From contig JAPLHP010000036.1 in assembly GCA_026389585.1 (NCBI GenBank), forward strand, positions 41,366 through 105,365: a stretch of DNA of 64,000 nt, read 5' to 3'. Below the pieces are notes generated by a model, which saw only the letters and a list, made by a program, of their open reading frames with translations, was not told where the DNA came from and did no database searches. This document shows, one piece after another, positions 49,248 through 58,030 of this stretch. Within the stretch, counting starts at the first letter, position 1. The number at the start of each line of letters is the position of its first letter. A program made the translations under genes and the position numbers. Origin of the DNA: Chloroflexota bacterium (lineage in GTDB: Bacteria > Chloroflexota > Dehalococcoidia > UBA2247 > RBG-13-53-26).

Positions 49248-50600
49248 ATGGAAGTGAGAGATCCTCTGTACGGTTTGGTGGAGTATGGGACAGATGAAGA
49301 GAAGATAATAAACAGCATCGTACTTCAGAGGTTGCGAAACATAAAGCAGCTTGCATTGGCTAGCGCTGTCTATCCTGGTGCACATCACTCGAGGTTTGAA
49401 CATAGTATTGGCACCATGCATTTGGCTGGGATGGTAGCGAAGAGGCTGGGGCTAGAAGCGGAAAGGCCTGTTCTGCGACTCGCTGGACTGCTGCATGATG
49501 TTGGGCATGGGCCGTTCTCTCATGTCTCTGAACAAGTTATGGAGGGATATGCAAGTGACATCATGGCCAAATATCATGCAGATGGCGTACACGAATTGAT
49601 CAGTATGATGCTTATTGAGAGGCTTGGCAGCTTGGCAGGAGTGACACTCGAAAGCGGTGTTACATCCGGGATATGCGAGCTTCTCAAGAAACAACCTAGA
49701 AGGTCTTTGCAGCAAGGCATCATCTCGGGTCCGTTGGATGTCGACAAACTTGACTATCTTCGGAGGGATAGCTACTTCGCCGGGGTTCAGTACGGAGCCT
49801 TTGATCTCGATAAGGTGATTCATAGCCTCACCAGGATAAGGATCAGTAGTGAAGAAGAACAACTAGGTTTTCATGAGGAGGGTGTCCATGCAGTTGAACA
49901 GCTCCTACTTGCAAAGTACCACATGAATGTGCAGGTCTATCAGCATAGGATTAGGCGCATAACTGATGCAATGCTGGTTAGTGGCATTAGGTTTGCCTTA
50001 GAGGAAGGAGTTGGTGAAGTCCAAAGGCTTTTCACTGTGGAGGATTCTGATGCTTACCTGCAGTACTATATCTCGAACAATGATAATACTCTCATGGACA
50101 CAGTCCTACAGAAAGGCAAGGAAGGGTCGAGAGAGCTGTTTCAGCGCATAAAGGAGCGCAAACTTCTGAAACAAGTGTTTTCACTCGAGATAAGCAGAGA
50201 CAACTTTCCAGACGCAGTTCAGATGGACAACATATTGCGCTTGTCTGATGCACAATTGCACCAGATAGCACAACGGGCAGTGGAACTCTATTCTGCAACA
50301 GATAGCAGGCTGGATCCAAACCTGGTCATAGTGGACAAACAGACCATCTCTAATCCAACCTTCAAATCACCTCAGACCAGCATTGATCAAGGCACGATAA
50401 TGGTAAAGACGAAGTCTGGACAGAGAAAGGCTTTCCCAGACATATCCACTATCTTTCGGAACCCTAGCATAGATCCCAAAGTCGAGGTTCTCTACGTCTA
50501 CTTGCCTCTGGATTGGCTCGGAAGCAAGGGGGACAGGGATGCGTTCATCAACCAAAGATATGATACAATGGCTGAACAAGTGATGGAGGTGGTCAAATGA
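49248..50600 (+). CDS. HD-domain phosphohydrolase of the dGTPase/SAMHD1-like family
   Basis: HSRFEHSIGT...LLHDVGHGPFSH...DKLDYLRRDSYFAGV motifs of dNTP triphosphohydrolase-type HD proteins. Confidence 0.75.
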   Translation: MEVRDPLYGLVEYGTDEEKIINSIVLQRLRNIKQLALASAVYPGAHHSRFEHSIGTMHLAGMVAKRLGLEAERPVLRLAGLLHDVGHGPFSHVSEQVMEGYASDIMAKYHADGVHELISMMLIERLGSLAGVTLESGVTSGICELLKKQPRRSLQQGIISGPLDVDKLDYLRRDSYFAGVQYGAFDLDKVIHSLTRIRISSEEEQLGFHEEGVHAVEQLLLAKYHMNVQVYQHRIRRITDAMLVSGIRFALEEGVGEVQRLFTVEDSDAYLQYYISNNDNTLMDTVLQKGKEGSRELFQRIKERKLLKQVFSLEISRDNFPDAVQMDNILRLSDAQLHQIAQRAVELYSATDSRLDPNLVIVDKQTISNPTFKSPQTSIDQGTIMVKTKSGQRKAFPDISTIFRNPSIDPKVEVLYVYLPLDWLGSKGDRDAFINQRYDTMAEQVMEVVK

Positions 50601-51196
50601 GATTGGACGATCTCGTCATACTGACGCTGCATTTCAGCGACAACAAGATGATTGCTGGTCGGACCCTCCTACAAAAGACCCTCTACTTCCTTAACGCAAA
50701 GCTTAATCTGGGCGTGGAATTTGCGTCTCACTACTATGGTCCCTATTCCTCCGACGTTGCTGAGTCAATTGCCCGTCTGAATTCTGCTGGTATTCTGGAG
50801 GAAAGCATTGAGTACCTCCAACCGCTGAGTTTTGGAGTGACTTTCGAGCCCAGAAGGTTTACATACAGGCTTACAGACACTGGAAAGAGCATAGCAGAGA
50901 TTGCCGAAAGACGGAATGAGACCGAAGCCGAAGCGATCAAGGGAATCCTTGATCGCATGAAGAATCTAGGCGTTGTGGATGACTACAAGAGCCTGTCTAT
51001 TGCAGCAAAGATGCACCGTATATTGAAGATCGAGAAGAAACCTATGACAGCCTCGCAGGTTCTGGAAGAGGCCAAAGCCTTAGATTGGAGAATAGAAAAG
51101 GGAGATGCTGATGGAGCAGTGGTTTTTCTCAAGGGGATGGACTTAGTCATGGAATTCGAGCATCCTGCTGCAGCGAATACAGCAACCACGGCTTGA
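50597..51196 (+). CDS. Panacea (DUF4065/SocA-like) domain protein, putative antitoxin
   Basis: LLQKTLYFLNAKLNLGVEFASHYYGPYSSDV matches the DUF4065 core (L.KLLYf...g..l....f.aw.yGPv...vy). ATGA overlap with the HD gene. Confidence 0.55.
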   Translation: MRLDDLVILTLHFSDNKMIAGRTLLQKTLYFLNAKLNLGVEFASHYYGPYSSDVAESIARLNSAGILEESIEYLQPLSFGVTFEPRRFTYRLTDTGKSIAEIAERRNETEAEAIKGILDRMKNLGVVDDYKSLSIAAKMHRILKIEKKPMTASQVLEEAKALDWRIEKGDADGAVVFLKGMDLVMEFEHPAAANTATTA

Positions 51197-51576
51197 GTTG
51201 CAAGTAAGCCTCCAGTTGAAATTGTGTTGATCTTGAACTAGTGATGACCTGTGTTAGGGGTCGGTTGCGCCTACACGCAGGACATTGAAGTCCATCCTCG
51301 GGCTTCTATGAGTTGACAAGACCACCCCACCAAGTGCATCCATTAGGAAGTCCTTGTATATTGGCATGCCATATTCCACATCGTCACGCGCTGTCTCTCA
51401 AGAGATGCTCCTTTCGGAGCAGCGACAGGGTCATTGGGTAATGCCAGTCTTTGGATGAAACAGGCTTCCGCAGGCTGGGTGTTGACCAGAAGGAGACAGA
51501 TTTGATCCTAGAAGAGATTACTGGGTAAGCCGAAATACGTGGATTCAGAAGCATAACGTTCTACATCCCCCACTGA

Positions 51577-51690
51577 GATTGCTTCGCTGCGCTCGCAATG
51601 ACACCGGCGGCTAACCCGCAATGACACCAGCGGCCAACCGGAATGACACGGCACACAAACCCCTGAGCCATAAGCGAGAAGAAATACGAT
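51577..51690. repeat. dispersed repeat family copy C (head plus three ~22-bp GCAATGACACCGGCGGCTAACC units)
   Basis: GATTGCTTCGCTGCGCTCGCAATGACAC head, then tandem units as in 55764-55975. Confidence 0.65.
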
Positions 51691-51727
51691 ATGTTCGGAG
51701 ATGTTTCCTAGCCATGGGTCAGCCCCA

Positions 51728-52228
51728 TTAGTCATGGGCCAGGCGGCGTATCGTTGCGTTTATGGAGTTGCTCTCACCTTGGGTGATCAAGCCGTCACGG
51801 ACCGCCAGCTTCAACAGGTCTCCTGTACCAAAGACAGCAATAGATAAACTCACAGCCTTACATGCTTCGCGTGCAAGGCCATCATCTGTCGCTATATCGT
51901 AGCCCCTGTTGCAGGCGATGGCTATTGACGCGGATTCGCCCAGCCCCAGCCTCCTTCCAAGGAGCAGGTTAGCATATATCGAGATTTCTTCCCCGGAGGA
52001 TTCATCAAGAGTAACCACGCAGATGGTACCGTCAACCTGCATCTGTGTTAGAAGAGCTATGAGATATTGCCCTCTACCGGGCCAGCGTGAGGCTTCCTGA
52101 AGGACCTGGCCGGTGATGCAGAAAGTGCCCTTTGGCCAGATTCCCAGCACTCGAGCTAGAGCTCCGGCAGAATACAGTCTTGAGACAACGTCGTTATCGA
52201 GGACAACAGGTCTGTTGAAAGGCGACAT
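51728..52228 (-). CDS. PIN-like domain protein (DUF4411-like), putative toxin partner of ImmA/IrrE
   Basis: 166 aa. N-terminal VVLDNDVV plus downstream acidic residues fit a PIN fold. ATG directly follows the ImmA stop. Confidence 0.5.
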   Translation of the reverse strand: MSPFNRPVVLDNDVVSRLYSAGALARVLGIWPKGTFCITGQVLQEASRWPGRGQYLIALLTQMQVDGTICVVTLDESSGEEISIYANLLLGRRLGLGESASIAIACNRGYDIATDDGLAREACKAVSLSIAVFGTGDLLKLAVRDGLITQGESNSINATIRRLAHD

Positions 52229-53377
52229 TCAGGCATCGCCTTCCTTACTTTCTCCACTAAGCTCGTCTCTGAGTTCGTAGTAGTTCCTCCTCAGGAGTTC
52301 GGCCAGCTTCTCAAATGAGACAAGTTTCGCCTTGTAAGCCTCGTATGCCAGATATTTGTAATGACGAGGAAGCATGTCAGGGGGATCCTCTCTGTCACAA
52401 TATCCCAGCAGGATGGCGATAGGTGATGTGGTGACTCGTTGAGTCATAATGCCTTGCCATCTGGAAAGCGAGAGCTTCCTGAGAGATACCAACCTCCAGC
52501 CGGTTGCTTCAAAGCTGGTGCCGAAATAAGTCGCTAGATGAAAGACGACCTCAGCCGTTGGGGCAGTTGTCTGTTTGGATACAAACTGGCTCAACATCTC
52601 ATTCATGGCGCGTCTGGGCATCAGGAAAGCAGCGGCAAATGCATTGGCGAAACGTTCGTGAGGACGCCGTGTCACAAATCCAGTGTCGGTGTCAATGTGA
52701 GCATGGGCTAACTGATTCCGATGGGCAATGCAGTGCCCATACTCGTGTGCCACAGTAAATGTGCGCCTCCGCTGAGGATGAAGTGAGTTGATTAGCAAGC
52801 AGGCGCCAAGGTCCTTGTCACACGCAAAAGCGCCGGAGAACCCTTGTGATTCCTCCGGCAGGTGAAATATCTTCACCCCCCTCTTCTTTTCCAGTAAGTC
52901 GCAAATATCCTTTATGGGCTGACTATCAAGGCCCATTGAGCTTCGCTCAGCCACTGCCAGGTCTTCGGCCTGTTCCAGTGTTGTTGGAGAAGCACTTGAG
53001 TAGTCAGGCGGCCCCGGCATCTCTGGCGCTCCCACGAGCTGCATCAGGTCTCGGTAGTCTTTGCATAAGTCTTGAAATCCGATGATTGTCTCCCGGGGAA
53101 CAGCTGCTGCTGAAGCAGCTCGGAGTAGAACGGAGAAGCAGGCACTGGACTCGTCCTGGTCAAAGAAGAAGGTCAGGGGACGATGATATAACTTGGCGAA
53201 CTTGTATAACTCTACGGCCGAGACACGTCGCTTCTGACTCTCAATGTCTGAGACGGTGGATGTTGCGAGGCCCATACTCTCGCCGACCTGGCTGAGAGTG
53301 AGTCCCAAGGCTGTTCTGGCTTGCCTCAGCATACGGCCGACTGCGACAGGCAAATCCGTCGTTGCACTAACAACCAT
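52229..53377 (-). CDS. XRE-HTH + ImmA/IrrE-family (COG2856) zinc metallopeptidase
   Basis: N-terminal HTH (LGLTLSQVGESMGLATSTVSDIESQKR). HExxH motif HEYGHCIAH. Confidence 0.75.
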   Translation of the reverse strand: MVVSATTDLPVAVGRMLRQARTALGLTLSQVGESMGLATSTVSDIESQKRRVSAVELYKFAKLYHRPLTFFFDQDESSACFSVLLRAASAAAVPRETIIGFQDLCKDYRDLMQLVGAPEMPGPPDYSSASPTTLEQAEDLAVAERSSMGLDSQPIKDICDLLEKKRGVKIFHLPEESQGFSGAFACDKDLGACLLINSLHPQRRRTFTVAHEYGHCIAHRNQLAHAHIDTDTGFVTRRPHERFANAFAAAFLMPRRAMNEMLSQFVSKQTTAPTAEVVFHLATYFGTSFEATGWRLVSLRKLSLSRWQGIMTQRVTTSPIAILLGYCDREDPPDMLPRHYKYLAYEAYKAKLVSFEKLAELLRRNYYELRDELSGESKEGDA

Positions 53378-53489
53378 GTTTGCCCTCCTTCAGCCGACTT
53401 CGGAAAAGTACAACATTATTGGATTCGAGAGCATTTTATCACACGAATTTTCGGAGGTCAACATTTGTTGCATTGCGCCAGAGGCACAT

Positions 53490-53629
53490 AGCAGCCGTTC
53501 CTGTCACTTCAGGGCGGCGACGACTTTATTGGTTTGTCTTTCTAAGGCTTCCAAGGAAGACTCGTTGGTGATAGTGAAGTCTGCCATGGCGATGGGCCCA
53601 CCTTTGTTGAGCTCCTGTATCTCCATCGC
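53490..53629 (-). pseudogene. diverged remnant of the 3' end of the UPF0200 kinase gene (att-like scar)
   Basis: Encodes MEIQELNKGGPIAMADFTITNESSLEALERQTNKVVAALK, ~88% nt identical to the 3' end of 58694-59236 including 14 bp past the stop. Starts right at the AbiEii stop. Confidence 0.7.
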
Positions 53630-54523
53630 TCAATTTCCTTCTGAATCGGTTTCGGCTCTTGCGGGAAAGAGTTCCTTCAGGGCTGACATAAATTCATCAA
53701 GCTGCAAACCGGGGCGATAATAAGGGCTTTCCCTCAATCGGATCATGCCCGGATGGTCGAGGGCGGAGAAGTGTTTCAAGACCAGACGTCCTGCCTCCAT
53801 AATGTATGGATCGTCTCCGTACTGATGGCGCAATTCAAGGGCATGTTTCCACTCCGTCTCCATGGTCGTCGCCAGGATGGTGTACATATCCAGGGCATGG
53901 TAGCGACCGAATTCCTTGTTGGCATCGTTGAGCCGGTCCTTGAAGGCGAATAGTTTCATCATCAGGAACGTGTAGGGTTGCGGAAGAAAGACCTCAGCTT
54001 GCCAGGGCTCGCCTGAACTGAGTTTCCCATTCAGCGTTTCCGGCAACAGCCCTTCTTCCAACGTCGGAACTTCGTCGACGGGATGGGCGTGAATGCCAAC
54101 GGAAGGATCGGGCCGGGCACGGCGGGTGTCCGTTTTCACCCGTGTGCCCTCAAAACGGCTTTGCGGACCGGTAAGGATGTCTATCTTGACGCTGCCTGCC
54201 TGAGCGCCTCCAGGACCGAGCTTCATAAACTGGTATTTCTCTGCGCCGCGAACAACCTTATAGCCCAGCCTGGCAATGGCCTCTGCCAGTGGTTTCAATT
54301 TTGCTGACTGGATGAGCAGTTCCGGACGTAGAAACAAATCAAGGTCGTTGGTGGAACGTGCTTCAGGCCATTCACGGAAGAGTGTTGGCGCACCGAGGCG
54401 GCGCACGTAATCGGCCTTGAGGTAGATGCCAAAACCGCCGCCAATGATGAGTCTGATATCCGCGCCTTGCACTTCGTAGAGCAGATCGAGCAACGCCGTT
54501 TGAAGGTCGGGGATCGTGATCAT
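53630..54523 (-). CDS. AbiEii/DUF1814-like nucleotidyltransferase (type IV TA toxin family)
   Basis: 297 aa, NTase motif IIGGGFGIYL...NDLDLFL. Overlaps the upstream gene by 4 nt. Confidence 0.55.
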   Translation of the reverse strand: MITIPDLQTALLDLLYEVQGADIRLIIGGGFGIYLKADYVRRLGAPTLFREWPEARSTNDLDLFLRPELLIQSAKLKPLAEAIARLGYKVVRGAEKYQFMKLGPGGAQAGSVKIDILTGPQSRFEGTRVKTDTRRARPDPSVGIHAHPVDEVPTLEEGLLPETLNGKLSSGEPWQAEVFLPQPYTFLMMKLFAFKDRLNDANKEFGRYHALDMYTILATTMETEWKHALELRHQYGDDPYIMEAGRLVLKHFSALDHPGMIRLRESPYYRPGLQLDEFMSALKELFPARAETDSEGN

Positions 54524-55671
54524 TGCTGCTCTCGGTGAAGATTCACCAAGAGGAACGACTTCACCTGTTCGGCAGTCTCCCGGTCACGCTTGTCGCCGGC
54601 CATCAACTCCAAATACACCTGCACAGGGGAGGCCCACCAGAAGTTTCCCTCCTGCCGGGCATCGAAGTAGACCGTTTCATCCTCTGTCTCGACGACTTCA
54701 AGGTTCGGGAAGCGATCCGACTGACTCCCAGACAGCCGCTCCAGCAGCATCTCCAAACGCGGGCAGTAGACAGAGAACAGATCCCCTCGCTGCATCACGG
54801 CATATTGCGCCACCGATGATGTCCCTGCAGCCACAAGGGGCAGGCCCAATTCCAGCGACTGCTTTTGCAGCGATTCCCGGATCGTTCCGTTCCCTTCCGA
54901 GACTTTGAGGCGGACTCGCTCCCTGATTTTCGGAGGGACATAGTTGTCACTCAGTTTTTCCAGAAGTTTGTCGGGTTGCAGCAGGCAAATGGTACTCTTG
55001 CGCTCGACGACCAAATCCTCCCCCAACGTCTTCAACACTTTCGACACCGTCGACAGGCTCATGGGCCTCGTAGCCCAACGGTTCACCAGCATGTTTCGCC
55101 GGTTGATCTCGGCGCAAATCTCTTGAACGGTGTCGTAGCTGGAACGGGCGAGGAAGACCCTGCCAACCATGGAACTGTTCTTCCGATAGATGTTCTTGAT
55201 CGGTGCTGAGGAGGAAAAACAGTTCTTCTCGCCGCTGCGGAACAGGGCAAACATGCCCGGCACAACCACCACGCCGTTACCGCACAGGTCTATGCCGCTG
55301 ATGCCTTCCCGCTCCAGCTCCTGCAGTTGCCGTTCACTGAGGAAAGGCATGATAAGCATAGGCCGGTAGCTCTTCGGGAGCGACAATAGTTTCAGCAGGT
55401 TGAGCCCATCCTGAAACGCCTTGGGCGTCGATAGGGATTTGCATTCGACGGCGAACTTTGCCGTGCTCTCACGCCATGATACCTCAATCAATGCATCGAG
55501 GCGACGGTTTCCGCCTGCTTCAGGCTGACTCTCCAGGAAGCGAAAAGACAGCGGAGGCAGTGAGACTTTACCTCTCCGAAGCTGTTCAATCATCTCCCTC
55601 TCTGTTGTCATTTTCCTGATGCTTTTCATTTTCCTAAACAAGAAAATAGCAGTTTTTAGGAAAACATGCAA
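54520..55671 (-). CDS. putative AbiEi-like antitoxin/regulator (hypothetical)
   Basis: 383 aa, upstream of and overlapping the NTase gene as in AbiEi/AbiEii pairs. No motif verified by eye. Confidence 0.35.
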   Translation of the reverse strand: MHVFLKTAIFLFRKMKSIRKMTTEREMIEQLRRGKVSLPPLSFRFLESQPEAGGNRRLDALIEVSWRESTAKFAVECKSLSTPKAFQDGLNLLKLLSLPKSYRPMLIMPFLSERQLQELEREGISGIDLCGNGVVVVPGMFALFRSGEKNCFSSSAPIKNIYRKNSSMVGRVFLARSSYDTVQEICAEINRRNMLVNRWATRPMSLSTVSKVLKTLGEDLVVERKSTICLLQPDKLLEKLSDNYVPPKIRERVRLKVSEGNGTIRESLQKQSLELGLPLVAAGTSSVAQYAVMQRGDLFSVYCPRLEMLLERLSGSQSDRFPNLEVVETEDETVYFDARQEGNFWWASPVQVYLELMAGDKRDRETAEQVKSFLLVNLHREQQ

Positions 55672-55679
55672 GTCTTATC

Positions 55680-55763
55680 TTACGGGTTACGGCTCAGGGC
55701 TGCGATGACTTTATTGGTTTGCCTTTCCAGGGCTTCTAGAGAGGATTCGTTGGTGATAGTCGA
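55680..55763 (-). pseudogene. second remnant of UPF0200 kinase gene 3' end
   Basis: Encodes ...TITNESSLEALERQTNKVIAALSRNP. Closer to the 53490 remnant than to the intact gene. Confidence 0.65.
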
Positions 55764-55975
55764 GATTGCTTCGCTGCGCTCACAATGACACCAGCGGCTA
55801 ACTGCAATGACACTGCGGCTAACCAGCAATGACACCGGCGGCCAACCAGCATGACACGGTGACCAACCGGAATGACACAGTGGGCAATATGCCACCATGA
55901 CACTCATGCAGTTTGTCACCCTGAGCGAAGGCGAAGGGTCTCCCCTCACAAAGCGAATGACGCCTATTCCTGCAT
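55764..55975. repeat. dispersed repeat family copy D (longest tandem array)
   Basis: GATTGCTTCGCTGCGCTCACAATGACAC head, ~6 tandem 21-23-bp CAATGACACNGCGGCTAACC units, GTCACCCTGAGCGAAGGCGAAGGGTCTCCCCTCACAAAGCGAATGACGCCTATTCCTGCA tail shared with copy A. Confidence 0.7.
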
Positions 55976-55991
55976 CCAGGCACCAGGCGTC

Positions 55992-56696
55992 CTACTGTTT
56001 CGCTGCCTGCGCGGGTATTCTGTAGGGACAGGTTGCCCTGAGGTTGCAGTGAGCACACACGTCGGCCTGTGTCCAGGTCGACATCCGTGGGCCTATGCCA
56101 ATGACCATGGAGAGGGACTTCAGCGGAATCATCATCCCTGTGGAGGTCAGACTGACTCCGATTTCGTTAGCAGGCACCAGCCCGAACAATTGCTGCTGTT
56201 CCGAAAGGGGAAACCCAGGCATGCCCGGGTTGAGAGGACTGCTGGCCTGGCAATTGCGGAATGATGCCTCACGAGTCACGATACGGCACACCTCCAGGTT
56301 CAAAGCATCCACAGCAGCACTTCCGATGCCATCAAGCAGCAGCCCCCGCAAGGGTTCACTCTTGCTGAAGCACATCTTTGACTCCTGCTCCAACCTCGGA
56401 CCAATAGTGCAGACCGCGACAGCAAGCTCCCGAGCCTCCGGAAAAAATGAAGGAACCAGCGGCCCATGAACGACTGTGCTCCCCTGCAGTGTCAACTGGT
56501 CATGGGTTTTCTCAGTTATGGGGTGGATTTCATAGGCGACGGCTGGCTCTAACAGATGCTCACAGTCTACTTTGGCCAGCAGCTCATTGACTAACTTGCC
56601 AATCTCAGGCCTCAGCCGAGAGTATTCGCTCACTCCTTCCCGACGAAACACTGCCTGGGTTGTCAGGCTCAGGGTGATATCACGTACTACAGTCAT
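55992..56696 (-). CDS. methionine-synthase B12 activation-domain-like protein (putative corrinoid activation/accessory protein)
   Basis: 234 aa, in an operon with a corrinoid protein and an MtaA-like methyltransferase. C-terminal Cys motif CAHCNLRATCP. Family assignment tentative. Confidence 0.35.
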   Translation of the reverse strand: MTVVRDITLSLTTQAVFRREGVSEYSRLRPEIGKLVNELLAKVDCEHLLEPAVAYEIHPITEKTHDQLTLQGSTVVHGPLVPSFFPEARELAVAVCTIGPRLEQESKMCFSKSEPLRGLLLDGIGSAAVDALNLEVCRIVTREASFRNCQASSPLNPGMPGFPLSEQQQLFGLVPANEIGVSLTSTGMMIPLKSLSMVIGIGPRMSTWTQADVCAHCNLRATCPYRIPAQAAKQ

Positions 56697-56881
56697 CCCT
56701 TTACCCTTCCATTGGCTGAGGGGCAGTCCACGAGAAGCATTCCTGCGAGGATACCTCTCGTGGCAGACACGAACCGGAATCAGGCACGAAAGCCATCCTG
56801 ACAGTACGGCCTTTCCAACACAATCGAACCGGTGGCGCTCTCTGGCATCGAAGACCTTTCACTGCTCACGCAGTGAGGAAG

Positions 56882-58030
56882 CTATCTTCCAGACAATTCG
56901 TAGCTCTTAGCAGTCTCAATCATAGCCCTGAAGTTTTCCGGCTTGCAGTTGGGTGGTGTAGCGCAACCGGTCCCGAGGATGAACCCTCCCCCTTTGCCAA
57001 CTTCATCAATGAGCTTCCGGCAATAGGCTGCCACCTCCTCCGGCTTGCCCAGGGACAGCAGCGACGCCGGAACGTCACCGTAAATGCAGAGGTGGTCCCG
57101 CAGGATTTCCTTGGCCAAGAAGATGTTGGTGGTACTGTCGAGCCCCACCACCGCGGACCCCTTCGGAAGCTTCCGCAAGTAGGGAAGGTTCTTGTTCCAG
57201 CATGTATCCAAGTGAAAGATGGTAGTGATCCCCTCGGACCAGAAAGCGCCAATGATCTCCTGCGTGTAAGGCCACCAGAACCGCTCGAAGACGGACAAAG
57301 GGTAGTTTAAGCCGGAGGCTCGCTCATCAACGAACAGCCATGACTTCATGCCAAACGCTTTACAGACACCGATCTGCTTCGGAATCAGTTCGGCCGTCAT
57401 CTTCTTCATGGCTCTTTCCACCGGCGCGGGATTGTAATAGATGTCTTTGGTAAACGGGATCATAGAGCGCATAAGCGACAGCCTGAAGAATGGGTGAAAC
57501 TCATGGGCAGCAAGGAACGGTTCGATCCGCCTCTTCTTCAGTTCCTCGGTGTATGTACCCCAGTTTGTCAGCGTTTCCCACAGGTGAGTCTGCAGCTCGT
57601 CGGGCCGGAAGCTGGCGATCCGCCACAGATAGTCCTTGTAGTAGAACGCGTCAGCCCCCATTTCACAAAGCTTCTCGTAGTCCTCAGGTTTCATAACTTC
57701 TTCTTCCAGGAGCTGGAACATATAGTCGTCGGGCAGGTCCTTTCCTGGAATCCGCATCTTCATCGGATATATGTTGGCTGCCTGCGATTGAACCGGTGTG
57801 ATCGGTCCGCCATAAGCACAGTCCCAACCTCCACAATCATCGAACACTTTGAAGAACGCCGCCTGTGCCATCTTGGCGTCATTGCTGACCTGAGCCATGG
57901 TCATGCCTGCAAGATGCGCTGCGGGCTCCGGGCTGAGGAATGGGACTATGGGGACGCGGTCCGTTTTCTCCAGTCTGGTGGCCGCCCACGTTCTCTCGGT
58001 GGAGGTCATGGTTTCCCTGGCCATCTTCAC
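56882..58030 (-). CDS. uroporphyrinogen-decarboxylase-family (MtaA/CmuA-like) corrinoid methyltransferase
   Basis: 382 aa URO-D fold protein adjacent to a B12-binding protein. Confidence 0.6.
   Translation of the reverse strand: MKMARETMTSTERTWAATRLEKTDRVPIVPFLSPEPAAHLAGMTMAQVSNDAKMAQAAFFKVFDDCGGWDCAYGGPITPVQSQAANIYPMKMRIPGKDLPDDYMFQLLEEEVMKPEDYEKLCEMGADAFYYKDYLWRIASFRPDELQTHLWETLTNWGTYTEELKKRRIEPFLAAHEFHPFFRLSLMRSMIPFTKDIYYNPAPVERAMKKMTAELIPKQIGVCKAFGMKSWLFVDERASGLNYPLSVFERFWWPYTQEIIGAFWSEGITTIFHLDTCWNKNLPYLRKLPKGSAVVGLDSTTNIFLAKEILRDHLCIYGDVPASLLSLGKPEEVAAYCRKLIDEVGKGGGFILGTGCATPPNCKPENFRAMIETAKSYELSGR

Noticed and set aside
51508-51735. 75-aa minus ORF, and 55680-55949 89-aa minus ORF sharing 'CHCERSEAI'
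   Set aside because: Both are translations of the dispersed repeat element (head motif). The second also reads through the kinase-gene remnant. Neither is an independent gene.
55764-55975. Possible CRISPR array (regular ~22-bp repeats)
   Set aside because: The units are contiguous with no unique spacers, the unit length is too short, no cas genes are nearby, and the array is embedded in a larger dispersed repeat. It is a tandem minisatellite, not CRISPR.
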